Positions 5,910 to 16,579 of a stretch of DNA of 44,158 bases are shown here, in pieces. The DNA is from an uncultured Candidatus Saccharibacteria bacterium (lineage in GTDB: Bacteria > Patescibacteriota > Minisyncoccia > Phycocordibacterales > XYD1-FULL-46-19), in contig CAYUNI010000004.1 in assembly GCA_964446245.1 (NCBI GenBank), forward strand, positions 1 through 44,158, read 5' to 3'. The position numbers were made by a program, and so were the translations under genes. The notes beneath the pieces are model-generated. The model was not told where the DNA came from, made no database searches, and worked only from the letters and a program-made list of their open reading frames with translations. Position 1 is the stretch's first letter. Each line of letters opens with the position of its first letter.

Positions 5910-7208
5910 TCACCTTTTAAGCCACTCCGATTCCTGACGCACCAGAAGAGAACTTTTTTTCTCTGGCTCCAACATTATCTCCTCTACCGCTCGTTCCAAA
6001 CGGATTGATTGAGAGCCTTTAAAATAAATTAGATCATTTTTCTCCACAAAATTCTGCAAAAAATTTCCCGCCTCTTTCGCTTCATCAAAACTTTTAATCT
6101 TTTTATCGGACATTCCCGCCTCTTTCGCTCCTTCCACAAAAAACTTCGCTCGCATACCTACTGTCACCAAAAAATCAGCACACTTAGCTATTTGCTCTCC
6201 AGCCAAACGATGAGCCTCAACCGTCTTCCCTCCCAGCTCCATCATATCCCCTAAAACAACTATCTTTCGCCCCGCAATCTCGACTTCTTTTACCAGATCC
6301 AAACCAGCGCTCAAAGCAGCCGGGGAAGAATTGTAGGCATCATCAATAATCAAAGTTTCTTTAATTCCCAAAAGAGGCGATAAGCGCCCCGGCATAGGTT
6401 TAATTTGGGTTAAATTATCAGCCACTTGGACCACATTTAGTCCCCGGCTCAAACCAACAGCCAAAGCAGCCAAAACCATTCCCACTTGATGATGAGCAAG
6501 AATTCCCGATAGGCGAAAAGGCCAACTCTGCCCTTGATAATCAACTTTAAAAGTTCGTCCTAAAATCTTTTTCCCTTCTTTATCGTCAAAAAACAAATGG
6601 TCGTTAGAAGCCTGTAAGTCAGCTCCCGAATCAAAACCGTAACTCAAAACTTTTGCCCCAACTCTTGGTCGCAATGATCGAATTATCGGATCATCAAAAT
6701 TTAAAATAGCAATTGCTCCGGGAGATAAATTTTCAATCAAACAAAATTTTTCCTCAATCAATTCTTCTTTTGATTTAAAAAATTCAATATGAACCGGAAT
6801 CTCTGGCAAATGGGTCAAGACTGCCACTTCAAATTTAAGCCAACGGCAAGCACGCCGAATATCTCCTGGACGATCAGCCCCGATTTCTAAAACAAGCCAT
6901 TCAGGATAATCATGCTTAAAACAAATCAAGGATAAACCCTGGGCAATAATTTCTAACCAACCAAAAATATCACCCCAAGCGCTACCTGCCCCAATAATGG
7001 TAAGCGGGATCCCTAATTCGCTATTATAGCTTTTTTCACTCTTACGCAATTTAAAATGGCCAGACAAGACAGTCGCGATTACCTCTTTGGTGGAAGTTTT
7101 CCCAACACTACCAGTCACCCCTATTAATTTAGGTTTATATTTTTTTAAAATTAATCTCGCCTCCCATTCCAAAATACCAATAACAATTTTTTTAAATATT
7201 TTCTTCAT
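5910..7208 (-). CDS. murF: UDP-N-acetylmuramoyl-tripeptide--D-alanyl-D-alanine ligase
   Basis: Mur ligase P-loop GVTGSVGKTSTKE and the MurF-typical VLGDMMELG block. Sits directly downstream of ftsI in a dcw-type cluster. Confidence 0.85.
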   Translation of the reverse strand: MKKIFKKIVIGILEWEARLILKKYKPKLIGVTGSVGKTSTKEVIATVLSGHFKLRKSEKSYNSELGIPLTIIGAGSAWGDIFGWLEIIAQGLSLICFKHDYPEWLVLEIGADRPGDIRRACRWLKFEVAVLTHLPEIPVHIEFFKSKEELIEEKFCLIENLSPGAIAILNFDDPIIRSLRPRVGAKVLSYGFDSGADLQASNDHLFFDDKEGKKILGRTFKVDYQGQSWPFRLSGILAHHQVGMVLAALAVGLSRGLNVVQVADNLTQIKPMPGRLSPLLGIKETLIIDDAYNSSPAALSAGLDLVKEVEIAGRKIVVLGDMMELGGKTVEAHRLAGEQIAKCADFLVTVGMRAKFFVEGAKEAGMSDKKIKSFDEAKEAGNFLQNFVEKNDLIYFKGSQSIRLERAVEEIMLEPEKKSSLLVRQESEWLKR

Positions 7209-7231
7209 ATAAACCTTAATTTAAAATCTTT

Positions 7232-8944
7232 TTAACGGTCTGGTGGAATCTGATAATAATTTAACAAAAACTTGGTAATTTCTGAAAATGGCTCCGCCAA
7301 AGTTTCATTGGAATATTTTCCCTCTTTCGGATAAACCGTATAAAGAAAAACAAGAAACCGCGGATTACTAGCAGGGAAATAGCCAAAAAACGAATGCAGG
7401 AAACGATCAGCATAATACCCACCGCCAGCGGGGTTGGCCATTTGAGCAGTACCCGTCTTAGCTGCAATACTATAATTGGTTAATTTAATCTTACCTAAAG
7501 CGCTTGAAGTATCAACCGCTTTAACCAACATTCTTGAAATCTCCTTGCTTGTCTCTGGTTTCAAGACTCGACGAATAATAATCGGTTTAGTCTCCTTCGT
7601 CAATAAATTGTCAAAACGAATTTCTCTTACAACATAGGGTTTAACTAAGACTCCGCCATTCGCCAAAGAACAAAGCGCCCGCACTGTGCCGATTGGGGTC
7701 GTGGCTATCCCCTGCCCAAAAGAAGCATTAGCAAAATCGACATCAATATTACCGTCTAAATTTTTTATTTTTCCAGCAATCTCACCCGGCAAATCAATAT
7801 CCGTTTTTTCTCCTAAACCATAATTTTTAAAATACTCCCGAAAATTAGATTGACCGATTTTCTGTTGAACAAAAGTCGTGCCGACATTTAAAGATTGAGT
7901 CAATATTTCTTGAATAGGAATTCGCCCGCGCGCCTTTTTGTCGTGATTAGAAATTGTTTTTCCGCTAACTTTAATAGAGCCAGTATCATTATAGACAGTA
8001 TCAGCGGTCACTACTCTCAAATCTAAGCCAGCAGCAATTGTCAGTGGTTTGATAATCGAACCCATCTCTCGAGTTTCCATTAAAAATGGGTTATTTAAGG
8101 TTGCTAATTCGGCTTTACTTTCATTAGGATCAAAGTCTGGCAAAGAAGCCATCGCATAAATCGCTCCTGTTTGCGGATCAATTATCATTCCTTGGACAGA
8201 GTCCGAACGCTGTTTGGACATCACCTCAGAGAGCTTTTTCTCCAAAAAATTCTGGACTACAGGCTCGATAGATAAAACAACATCTCCTCGTGTCGTTAAA
8301 TTATTTTTTCTCAAAACAGTCCCGACTTCAGAAAAAATCTCAATAAAAAAATTTTTAAACGACTGTTCCTCCGACCGAGATAAAACATCATCATAAGATT
8401 TCTCTACTCCATAACGAGCGGCATAATCATCTCCCTGATAGCCCAAAAATCCAATCACTTTCGAAGCTGTCCGCCCAGCAGGATAAAAACGCCATTTTTC
8501 TTTGGCCGTGATTACTCCTTTTAGATCAAGGGCTTTTATTTTATCAGCCGACTCCTTGGCGACTCGTCTGGCGATTTCTTCGTTAGGGTCATTTTTCTTG
8601 TTCGCCTTAGCCATAAACTCTTCCTCATTTAATTCTGGCAAAATTCCCTTCAATTTGGCAAAAGTCGTCGTCGCGTTCGGTCCAACTATTTGAGGTTTTA
8701 TCTGAATCAAGAAACCTAATTTTTGAGTGGCCGCCGTGACCAGACGGTCATCTTTAATGCTGAAAAAAATTGTCCCCCGCTCAAAAATATTTTTCGGCTT
8801 AAAATACTGGTGGTCAGCTTCTCCAACAAAATATTCTCCTCTTATAATTTGTAAATAGAAAAGTCTAACAACAAAAAGCAGACCGACCACCATTATCAAG
8901 GCCGCCAGAAGACGAATTCGTTTTTTACTGCCAACAATTTTCAT
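7232..8944 (-). CDS. ftsI: Class B penicillin-binding protein (division transpeptidase, FtsI/PBP3-like)
   Basis: N-terminal TM segment. SxxK (GSIIKP), SxN (QSLNVG) and KTG (KTGTA) motifs. Located between the ftsL-like gene and murF. Confidence 0.85.
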   Translation of the reverse strand: MKIVGSKKRIRLLAALIMVVGLLFVVRLFYLQIIRGEYFVGEADHQYFKPKNIFERGTIFFSIKDDRLVTAATQKLGFLIQIKPQIVGPNATTTFAKLKGILPELNEEEFMAKANKKNDPNEEIARRVAKESADKIKALDLKGVITAKEKWRFYPAGRTASKVIGFLGYQGDDYAARYGVEKSYDDVLSRSEEQSFKNFFIEIFSEVGTVLRKNNLTTRGDVVLSIEPVVQNFLEKKLSEVMSKQRSDSVQGMIIDPQTGAIYAMASLPDFDPNESKAELATLNNPFLMETREMGSIIKPLTIAAGLDLRVVTADTVYNDTGSIKVSGKTISNHDKKARGRIPIQEILTQSLNVGTTFVQQKIGQSNFREYFKNYGLGEKTDIDLPGEIAGKIKNLDGNIDVDFANASFGQGIATTPIGTVRALCSLANGGVLVKPYVVREIRFDNLLTKETKPIIIRRVLKPETSKEISRMLVKAVDTSSALGKIKLTNYSIAAKTGTAQMANPAGGGYYADRFLHSFFGYFPASNPRFLVFLYTVYPKEGKYSNETLAEPFSEITKFLLNYYQIPPDR

Positions 8945-9267
8945 CGCGACATTGTCAAAGCGCCACTCTTTGCCCCCAATCGATAAGCAAAAGCTAAACT
9001 ATTGGAGACATCAACAAAACCTTTATCAACCGCCTTGGCTAAAGTAATTTCACCGACGGTCTTAAGATAATCAGTTTCCAAAATAGCAATCTTTGCCTCT
9101 AGGTCGCTTATCATTTCTCCCGATTGCTGAGTCGCCTTAGCCATAAACATTGAAGTATTTAAAAAATAAACATAGGCAACCCCCAAAATAAAGCAACTCG
9201 CCAAGAAACCCAGCCAAATCGTGGCTAAGGTGTTTGTATGATTATCATGGCAAGAAGCTATGGGCAT
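8941..9267 (-). CDS. ftsL: Small bitopic coiled-coil division protein, FtsL-like by position
   Basis: 108 aa with one TM segment (IWLGFLASCFILGVAYVYF) followed by a coiled-coil stretch. Occupies the rsmH-ftsI slot and overlaps the ftsI start by 4 nt. Confidence 0.4.
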   Translation of the reverse strand: MPIASCHDNHTNTLATIWLGFLASCFILGVAYVYFLNTSMFMAKATQQSGEMISDLEAKIAILETDYLKTVGEITLAKAVDKGFVDVSNSLAFAYRLGAKSGALTMSR

Positions 9268-9290
9268 AAATTATTTAAAATTTTTAATTT

Positions 9291-10184
9291 CTAATTTTTA
9301 ATAATAATTCTTAATTGGGCGCTACGACTTCTTGGATTAGTCTGCTCTTCAATTCGGCTTGGTTTAATCGCTTTTTTACTTACCAAACTTCCTTTCCCTT
9401 CTTTAACCTTTTTATTAAAAAAATCTTTAACTAATCGAGCCTCTAAACTATGAAAAGAAATCACTCCTAGACGGCCTCCCAAACCAAGTGCAGACCAAGC
9501 TTTTTCTAAACCTTCAGTCAAAGCTCCCAATTCATCATTAACAGCAATTCGCAAAGCTTGAAATGTCCTTGTTGCCGGATGAATCCGTCCATGACGATAC
9601 CAACCCGGAACAGCTTGGCTAATAATTTCAGCTAATTGCCCACTTGTCTTGATCGCCCCTATTTCTCTAGCCTCAATTATGGCTTTGGCTATTCTTCGAG
9701 AAAATCTTTCATCGCCAAATCCATAAATTATGTCGGCCAAACTCTCTTCTGACCACTCATTTACTACCACTTCCGCGGTAAGGTCATCTGGTTTAGGCGG
9801 ATAAGACAAGGTCATTAATAAAGGCTCATCACGCAAAAAAGAAAACCCTCTTCCCGAACTCTCAATTTGGTCAGAACTAAAACCAAGATCAAGCAAAACC
9901 AAATCTATTTTCCCTATCCCCAGACCTTCTAGCACCCGATCCAAACCGCGAAAATTGGCTTGGCGTAACATGACCCGGCAAGACAAATGAGCTAAAGTTT
10001 CCTTTGCCTCACGAATGGCCCGGCTATCTTGGTCCAAACCAATCAAAATACCGCTTGATCCCAATCTAGCGCCAATTTCCGCGGCATGTCCGGCCGCCCC
10101 CAAGGTACCATCTAAATACACTTCGCCGACTTTTGGGGCTAAGCCTGCTACCACCTCCTGTAAAAGAACTGCTTTGTGGATCAT
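9291..10184 (-). CDS. rsmH: 16S rRNA (cytosine1402-N4)-methyltransferase
   Basis: HKAVLLQEV...YLDGTLGAAGHA...LDLGFSSDQ...FSF are canonical RsmH/MraW blocks. Follows mraZ. Confidence 0.9.
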   Translation of the reverse strand: MIHKAVLLQEVVAGLAPKVGEVYLDGTLGAAGHAAEIGARLGSSGILIGLDQDSRAIREAKETLAHLSCRVMLRQANFRGLDRVLEGLGIGKIDLVLLDLGFSSDQIESSGRGFSFLRDEPLLMTLSYPPKPDDLTAEVVVNEWSEESLADIIYGFGDERFSRRIAKAIIEAREIGAIKTSGQLAEIISQAVPGWYRHGRIHPATRTFQALRIAVNDELGALTEGLEKAWSALGLGGRLGVISFHSLEARLVKDFFNKKVKEGKGSLVSKKAIKPSRIEEQTNPRSRSAQLRIIIKN

Positions 10185-10186
10185 GA

Positions 10187-10642
10187 TTAAATTAGTCCGA
10201 TTTCTCCCAATTTTTCCGCCAACAAATCGGCTTGGCGTTCAATTTTGGAAGTATTTTCCTGCCAACGTTCTTCATCCCACAATTCCACTCGACGACTTAC
10301 GCCGACGATCACCACTTTTCCTTTCAAACCAGCAAAATCCTTAAGGTAGTCGGGGATCAAAATTCGCCCAAGCGAATCTAACTCCGTCTCTACCGCGCCG
10401 GCAAAAAGGAAACGGCTAAAATTACGAGCATCCACTTGTCCCATCGGCAATTTTTCTAACTCTTCAGTTAGTTTTTGCCACTGAGCCAACGGATAAACGA
10501 ACAAGCAGTTATCCAGACCTCGGGTCAACACTACTTTCTTGCCTAACTTTGGACGCAAACCAGCCGGCAACGCCAAGCGTTTTTTATCATCTAAATTGTG
10601 CCGATATTCACCAATAAGCATAGGCAAAATATGTTTCCCCAC
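10187..10642 (-). CDS. mraZ: Division/cell wall cluster transcriptional regulator MraZ
   Basis: 151 aa with the duplicated DxxxR-type MraZ pattern (LDDKKRLALPAGLR ... LDSLGRILIPDYL). First gene of the dcw cluster. Confidence 0.9.
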   Translation of the reverse strand: MGKHILPMLIGEYRHNLDDKKRLALPAGLRPKLGKKVVLTRGLDNCLFVYPLAQWQKLTEELEKLPMGQVDARNFSRFLFAGAVETELDSLGRILIPDYLKDFAGLKGKVVIVGVSRRVELWDEERWQENTSKIERQADLLAEKLGEIGLI

Positions 10643-10711
10643 TTCTTACCACTACTCGCCTATTTTAACCCACAATGCCCCACTTTGCCTAATCTAAAAC
10701 TGTGGATATCC

Positions 10712-10740
10712 AAAAAACAGGCATTAAATGCCTGTTTTTT
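10712..10740. terminator. Bidirectional intrinsic terminator after lysS
   Basis: aaaaaacaggcat-taa-atgcctgtttttt: a GC-containing stem flanked by an A-run and a T-run. Confidence 0.7.
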
Positions 10741-10766
10741 GGGGAATAGAATACCTTTTTTATCTT

Positions 10767-12227
10767 TTATTTCTTTGGTCGCATTAATGGGAAAATCTGA
10801 GTTTCGCGAACTGGTTTATCATAAAGGAAGCTAAATAACCGCTCACTCAAACCAAAACCACAAGTTGGTGGCATACCATACTCAAGCGCTTCTATGAATT
10901 CGTCATCTTTCATTTGAGCTTCATCATCACCGGCTTCACGCAATTTTACTTGCTCATTAAAACGATCTAATTGGTCGAGAGGATCATTAAGCTCGCTGAA
11001 ACCCTTGCCCATTTCTGACCCCGCCAATATCACCTGAAACCGCTCGACAAAATCTGGATTATCGGCACTGCGTTTAGCCAAAGGCTCCATCATTACCGGA
11101 ACATTTACCAAAAAACCGGGGCCAGCAATCTGTTTGCGACAATATTTCCAGAGATTATCAATCGCGCGATTTAAGTTAAAACCAGACTGGTCATACTGGA
11201 CGCCAAGCTCGTTTAATTTATCTTCAACCTGTTTCAAATCAGACTGGCGAATATCTAATCCTGTTTTAGCAAGAATAGTTTCAACATAATCATAACGCTC
11301 CCAATCTTTACTTAAATCAATATCAAAACCTTTTATTTTAAATTGTTGAGTGCCGAAAGTTTTTTGGGCAATTTCTCGATATAACTCTCGGACCATATTC
11401 ATTCCATCTTCATAATCAGCATAAGCCCAATAAAATTCCATTACCGTATAATCTTGCAGATGCTCGGCGTCCATTCCTTCATTGCGAAAAATCCTTCCAA
11501 TTTCAAAAACTTTAGAAAAGCCGGCCACCATCAGACGTTTGAGCCATAATTCCGGCGCAATCCGTAGATAGACATCGAGATCAAGAGCATTGTGATGGGT
11601 AATAAAAGGTCTCGCCTCAGCTCCACCGGGAGTATTTTCTAAAATCGGCGTATCCACCTCCATAAAATCTCGCTTAAGCAAAAATTGACGAATTGTCTGC
11701 CAAAAGATTGAGCGACGGACAATCATTTCTCGGGTCTCATCATTAGTCAAAATATCTAAATAGCGTTTTCGTAAACGCTCTTCTTCGTCTTGTAAGCCGG
11801 ACCATTTATCAGGCAGTGGACGCAAGCTTTTAGCCAAAATTCGCCAAGTCTTAACCTCAACTGTTTTCTCTCCTCGTTTAGTGACAAAAAGAGAGCCGCT
11901 GACCTCAATAAAATCACCCAAATCTATCGTTTCATTAAAAATTCGACTTGCTTCTTCACCCACTTCATCATTTTTTAGTAAAATTTGAATCTTGGTGCCA
12001 TCTTGAACCAAATCGGCAAAAATTAGTGCCCCCTGCCCTCGCAAAGAAACAACTCGCCCAGCTACAACCACCTCTTTGCCCGCTTCAATTAAGGTGTCAA
12101 AATCTTCGACAACCATTTTTAGATTATGAGAGATATTACTTTTAGCAGGAAAAGGATTAAAACCAAACGATTTTAATCGTTCTAGTTTTCGCAGACGCTC
12201 ATTTCTTAATTCTTCCAACGAGGCCAT
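10767..12227 (-). CDS. lysS: Lysine--tRNA ligase (class II)
   Basis: 486 aa with an N-terminal OB anticodon-binding region and class II motifs (FRNEGMDAEH..., GFGLSERL). Confidence 0.9.
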   Translation of the reverse strand: MASLEELRNERLRKLERLKSFGFNPFPAKSNISHNLKMVVEDFDTLIEAGKEVVVAGRVVSLRGQGALIFADLVQDGTKIQILLKNDEVGEEASRIFNETIDLGDFIEVSGSLFVTKRGEKTVEVKTWRILAKSLRPLPDKWSGLQDEEERLRKRYLDILTNDETREMIVRRSIFWQTIRQFLLKRDFMEVDTPILENTPGGAEARPFITHHNALDLDVYLRIAPELWLKRLMVAGFSKVFEIGRIFRNEGMDAEHLQDYTVMEFYWAYADYEDGMNMVRELYREIAQKTFGTQQFKIKGFDIDLSKDWERYDYVETILAKTGLDIRQSDLKQVEDKLNELGVQYDQSGFNLNRAIDNLWKYCRKQIAGPGFLVNVPVMMEPLAKRSADNPDFVERFQVILAGSEMGKGFSELNDPLDQLDRFNEQVKLREAGDDEAQMKDDEFIEALEYGMPPTCGFGLSERLFSFLYDKPVRETQIFPLMRPKK

Positions 12228-12247
12228 TATTTATATTATTTAAAAAA

Positions 12248-12712
12248 TTATTTAACCTCTACTATTGAATAACGCACCTGGCCCTTTGGAGTTTGAACAT
12301 CAATCTCTTCTCCTTTAGCTCTCCCCATTAAAGCGGAACCGAGGGGTGATTGGTGAGAAATTTTACCACTAGCAATGTCGGCCTCTTCCGAACCAACAAG
12401 AGAATACTCGGTCGGCTGACCACCACTTTTCTTCACGACAACCGATGAGCCAATAGTCACCTTGCCACCACTATGTTTAGAAATAATCTCCGCATTTTTT
12501 AAAATATCTTCAACCTCGGCAATCCGGTCTTCGATATCAGCCTGTTTATCACGCGCCTCATGATATTCAGCATTTTCCGAAAGGTCGCCTAGAGATTTAG
12601 CAAACTCTAATTGTTCGGCAATCGCCTTGCGCTCGACAGTCTTTAGTCTATTTAATTCTACTTTTAATTGTTCGTATTTTTCTGGGCTTAAATATTCTTT
12701 TTGATTGTTCAT
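12248..12712 (-). CDS. greA: Transcription elongation factor GreA
   Basis: 154 aa. The coiled-coil N-domain carries the acidic tip (GDLSENAEYHEARD). The C-terminal FKBP-like domain includes SPLGSALMG. Confidence 0.9.
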   Translation of the reverse strand: MNNQKEYLSPEKYEQLKVELNRLKTVERKAIAEQLEFAKSLGDLSENAEYHEARDKQADIEDRIAEVEDILKNAEIISKHSGGKVTIGSSVVVKKSGGQPTEYSLVGSEEADIASGKISHQSPLGSALMGRAKGEEIDVQTPKGQVRYSIVEVK

Positions 12713-12755
12713 ATGATTAAAATACTAACTCATCTCAAGCTAAAAATCAAACCCA

Positions 12756-14465
12756 TCACTCGGCGACAGGCTGTTTTTTGAGAGATGGGGCTTCGCCTCG
12801 CAAATATTCCGGCGAATAAATAGCCAGCCAGTCGACTAATTGCCTGATGACATATGTCGCTCCAACAAGGTTTTGACGGCTTCCCTTCTCCATTACTACG
12901 ACAAAGACATATCGAGGATGCTCATAAGGAAAATAACCCATAACCCAAGAATTAACTGTGGCTCGAGTATCACCAAGCTCTGCCGTCCCTGTCTTGGCGG
13001 CAATTTTAACATTAGGGTCATTTAAGCTCTTGGCTGAACCCCGCGGATCAGTGACTGCAAGACGCATTCCTTCACGAATAATTTGAAAATTCTTTTCTGA
13101 AATCGGCAAAGTCACAAGCGCGGGACTACTAGTGGCTGATTTCAAAACAACGGTCGGCTGAACCAAACGACCACCATTAGCAATACTCGCCACTGCTCGC
13201 AAAATCTGAATCGGCGTCACTTGAGTACCGTATTGACCAATTACTGTATGATAAGTATCACCAATACGCCAAGGTTCATTAAAAGTTTTCTCTTTCCACT
13301 CTGGGGAAGAAATGAGTCCACCTGCTTCCCCGGGCAAATCAATACCAGTATTCTTGCTCAAACCAAACATTTCAGCATATTTGATAATATTGGCAATTCC
13401 TATTCCTTTCTGGCTGCCAAAACCACCTCCCAAAACATAAAAATAAACATTAGAAGAATAAGCAATTCCCAATCTCATATCAACCCAACCTTGTTCGCGC
13501 CAATCCTTAAAAACTGTTTTTAATTTAGGATTATAAGGATTAGGCACAACCAGCTGTCCCGTACTTAAAATCTGCTTCTTGGGATCAATTGTCCCCTCAG
13601 TCAAAGCTCCAATCGCCATAAAAGGTTTAAAGACTGAGCCCGGGGTATAGAGGCCAGAAACCATTCGATTAAGAAAAGGATTTCTCTTGTCGGAAAAATA
13701 ACTTGCTAATTTTTCTTTATCTCGACTTGTCGTCAAAGTATTAGGAGAAAACTCAGGATAACTAGTAAGAGCGATCAATTCACCAGTATAGATATCCATC
13801 AAAGCGCCACTGCCACCAGAAAATCCTCGGTCAATCGCCGTTTGCCGAATATATTCATGAAGCTTAGCTTGGACACGAGCATCAATCGATAAAGTGAGAT
13901 TATCGCCATTCTTAGGCGGACGCAAAATATTATTATCAACAATTTCTCCGAGCGCGTTGATTTCTTCAATTTTTATCCCCTTTTCCCCGCCCAATTTTTC
14001 TTCATAAAAAGATTCGACGCCGTCTTTCCCAATCATTTGCTTAGGGTCATATTTTTCATCTTTTAATTCTTGGTCAGTAGGAAAGCCTAAATAACCGAGC
14101 AAGTGAGCAAAGCCAGCCTTGTCAATATAAAAACGCGCGCCATTATTCCAAGCGAGCATTTCTCCTCGACGATCATAGATCAAACCTCGCTCAGCATAAA
14201 CCGGAGTGTGACGAAGGGTGTTGTTGGCCGAACGATCGGCATATTCCGAGCCATTTACTATTTGCAAACGAACAATCTGACCAAGAAAAAGCATTCCAAT
14301 CAAAGCAAAAAACGCACCCAACCAATAAAAAGTGGTTCGTCTAATAGGTCTTTCTAGCCGGCCTTCGAATTGCTGTTGATTAAACTCCGGCAAGTTGCGT
14401 GAGTCTAAAAAAATTTCATCCGGCGCCAGCTCTTCATATCTTTTGCGTCGTCTCGATTTTAACAT
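12756..14465 (-). CDS. mrdA: Penicillin-binding protein 2 (elongation transpeptidase)
   Basis: TM anchor. SxxK (GSVFKP), SxN (YSSNVY) and KTG (KTGTAE) motifs. Immediately downstream of mreBCD. Confidence 0.85.
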   Translation of the reverse strand: MLKSRRRKRYEELAPDEIFLDSRNLPEFNQQQFEGRLERPIRRTTFYWLGAFFALIGMLFLGQIVRLQIVNGSEYADRSANNTLRHTPVYAERGLIYDRRGEMLAWNNGARFYIDKAGFAHLLGYLGFPTDQELKDEKYDPKQMIGKDGVESFYEEKLGGEKGIKIEEINALGEIVDNNILRPPKNGDNLTLSIDARVQAKLHEYIRQTAIDRGFSGGSGALMDIYTGELIALTSYPEFSPNTLTTSRDKEKLASYFSDKRNPFLNRMVSGLYTPGSVFKPFMAIGALTEGTIDPKKQILSTGQLVVPNPYNPKLKTVFKDWREQGWVDMRLGIAYSSNVYFYVLGGGFGSQKGIGIANIIKYAEMFGLSKNTGIDLPGEAGGLISSPEWKEKTFNEPWRIGDTYHTVIGQYGTQVTPIQILRAVASIANGGRLVQPTVVLKSATSSPALVTLPISEKNFQIIREGMRLAVTDPRGSAKSLNDPNVKIAAKTGTAELGDTRATVNSWVMGYFPYEHPRYVFVVVMEKGSRQNLVGATYVIRQLVDWLAIYSPEYLRGEAPSLKKQPVAE

Positions 14466-14731
14466 TAATCTTTAAGATTAAGGTAACGTTTAGCCACCTC
14501 CAACAAAATTATAGCGGATAGCACAAAAATCGCCAGACTAAACTGTACTGGCCACCAATTATCGGTTGGCAAGCGATATAAAATATCAAAAAAAATTACC
14601 GGCAAAACCCCTTCATAAAATTTTGAAAAAAAGAGCGCTGACAGCAAAACCCCGCCCAACAAAAGCCACCACGGCGATAGATAAGCCAATAAAAAAAGAA
14701 TAAACAAAATATTCAATCTAATAATCAACAT
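14465..14731 (-). CDS. mreD: Small polytopic membrane protein, MreD-like by position
   Basis: 88-aa hydrophobic ORF between mreC and mrdA. Assigned by synteny only. Confidence 0.4.
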   Translation of the reverse strand: MLIIRLNILFILFLLAYLSPWWLLLGGVLLSALFFSKFYEGVLPVIFFDILYRLPTDNWWPVQFSLAIFVLSAIILLEVAKRYLNLKD

Positions 14732-15548
14732 AGATCATTACCCACTGTAATTCATAAATATTAACAGGTATTTTAAACAAAACTCGCAAATAAGGATTGG
14801 TGGCAGTCTCCTCAATTTTACCAACCTGCCCCAAAATTAATTTCTCACCAGATGGTGATTCAATAATATCTCCCACTTTTACCCCTACCCCCTTTGGTAA
14901 AGAAATAGAAAAATTACCACCACCCAAACCTTTAGCCACCGCTGCCAAATTGAGCCGGCTAATATTTATTGCAATTTGTGAACCATAGGAAGAATACAAT
15001 TTTACTTTAGCTTTGCTGCCTCCGTAAACTTCCGCAACCTCTCCCAAAAGCACCGTCTGGCCAGAAGCCACGACTTTATCACCTACTTTTACAAAATGAT
15101 TTTGTGACCCAATATCGACCAAAAGAATATCATAAGGGGTTTGATTAGGGCGAGCAATTATTTGCCCTAAAACAAACTTTTGGCTATTTTTTGTTAAAGA
15201 TAAAACTTGTCGAAGATCACTATTCTCTCGTTGCAAAATTTGTTTATTCAAAAGAGCAATTCGCAAATTTTCATTACTCCGTTTTAAATTTTTATTTTCT
15301 TCAACCAAATTATTTTTACTACTAAAATAAGTCGATAAACGTTGCAGGCTATTACTCCAATTTTCTGCCGCCGACCAGACTGGTTGCCCGACAAAAACTA
15401 AGGGTCGAAAAAGCCAACCCAACAAAGTCGGACCTAAAAAATATATTAAAACTAAAACAAAAAACCACGCCCAGCTCCAGGAAAAACGGCGGTGTCCAGA
15501 AAAATTATCAAAACTATTACCGCGGAGGTAATTCATCTTCGTTATCAA
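14718..15548 (-). CDS. mreC: Rod shape-determining protein MreC
   Basis: TM anchor, a coiled-coil segment (ENKNLKRSNENLRIALLNKQILQRENSDLRQ) and a beta-rich C-domain. Follows mreB. The true start may be the internal ATG (MNYLRG). Confidence 0.75.
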   Translation of the reverse strand: MITKMNYLRGNSFDNFSGHRRFSWSWAWFFVLVLIYFLGPTLLGWLFRPLVFVGQPVWSAAENWSNSLQRLSTYFSSKNNLVEENKNLKRSNENLRIALLNKQILQRENSDLRQVLSLTKNSQKFVLGQIIARPNQTPYDILLVDIGSQNHFVKVGDKVVASGQTVLLGEVAEVYGGSKAKVKLYSSYGSQIAINISRLNLAAVAKGLGGGNFSISLPKGVGVKVGDIIESPSGEKLILGQVGKIEETATNPYLRVLFKIPVNIYELQWVMIYVDY

Positions 15549-16572
15549 TTAAAATATCTCGAAAACGATCGACATCTTCTAAAATTAAAGCGGTACCTCG
15601 AACGACAGCCGTAAGAGGATCTTCTGCCATATGAATTGGAATTTGAAGCTCTCTTTCTAAGAGCTCTTGCATGCCATGGATCATCGCTCCGCCACCAGCA
15701 ACAATCACTCCTCGACGCATAATATCAGACAAAACTTCGGGTGGGGTAGTTTCCAAGACCTCTTTAATCGCTTCCACAAAAATATCAATCGACTGAGCAA
15801 TCGCTTCACGAATATCACTATCAGTGATTACCACCTCGCGAGGCAAACCAGTCACCAAATCACGCCCCCGTATCGTTGCTTCTCGTCCCGGTCCACTCTT
15901 ATAGACTGAACCAATCGCCACTTTTACTTCTTCAGCCGTTTTTTCTCCTAATAAAATTTTAAATTCATCACGAACATAACCAATAATATCTTGATTTAAT
16001 TTTTCACCAGCAATATGTAAAGTTCGAGAACGAACAATCCCCCCCAAGGAAATCACGGCAATATCAGTCGTCCCACCCCCGATATCAATCACCATACTAC
16101 CGACCGGATCAAAAACTGGTAGCTTAATACCAATCGCTGCCGCCATTGGCTCTTCGACAATATGGACCTCACGAGCGCCAGCATTACGAGCCGCATCTCG
16201 GACCGCTCGGCGTTCGACGTTGGTAATACTCGATGGCACTCCGACAACTAGGCGCGGACGGAAAATAGCTTTTTTAGAAATCTGAGCTGTTTTACGCAAA
16301 AAGTAAGAGAGCATTTCCTCTGCCACTTCAAAATTAGAAATCACTCCACCAACCAAAGGTCGAACAGCGACAATATGAGCTGGAGTCCGACCAATCATCT
16401 GGCTGGCATCTGTCCCCACCGCCACCACTCGACCAGTCTTTTGATTGATAGCAACGATCGACGGCTCAACTATCACAATCCCATGGTCCTTTAAATAGAC
16501 CAAGGTATTAGCGGTACCCAAATCAATACCAACATCATTAGAAAAAATTTTATAAAATCGTTCAAAAATCAT
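15517..16572 (-). CDS. mreB: Rod shape-determining actin homologue MreB
   Basis: GIDLGTANTLVY, DIGGGTTDIAVISLGG and VVAGGGA phosphate/adenosine motifs of the MreB/actin fold. Confidence 0.9.
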   Translation of the reverse strand: MIFERFYKIFSNDVGIDLGTANTLVYLKDHGIVIVEPSIVAINQKTGRVVAVGTDASQMIGRTPAHIVAVRPLVGGVISNFEVAEEMLSYFLRKTAQISKKAIFRPRLVVGVPSSITNVERRAVRDAARNAGAREVHIVEEPMAAAIGIKLPVFDPVGSMVIDIGGGTTDIAVISLGGIVRSRTLHIAGEKLNQDIIGYVRDEFKILLGEKTAEEVKVAIGSVYKSGPGREATIRGRDLVTGLPREVVITDSDIREAIAQSIDIFVEAIKEVLETTPPEVLSDIMRRGVIVAGGGAMIHGMQELLERELQIPIHMAEDPLTAVVRGTALILEDVDRFRDILIDNEDELPPR

Positions 16573-16579
16573 TTTACTT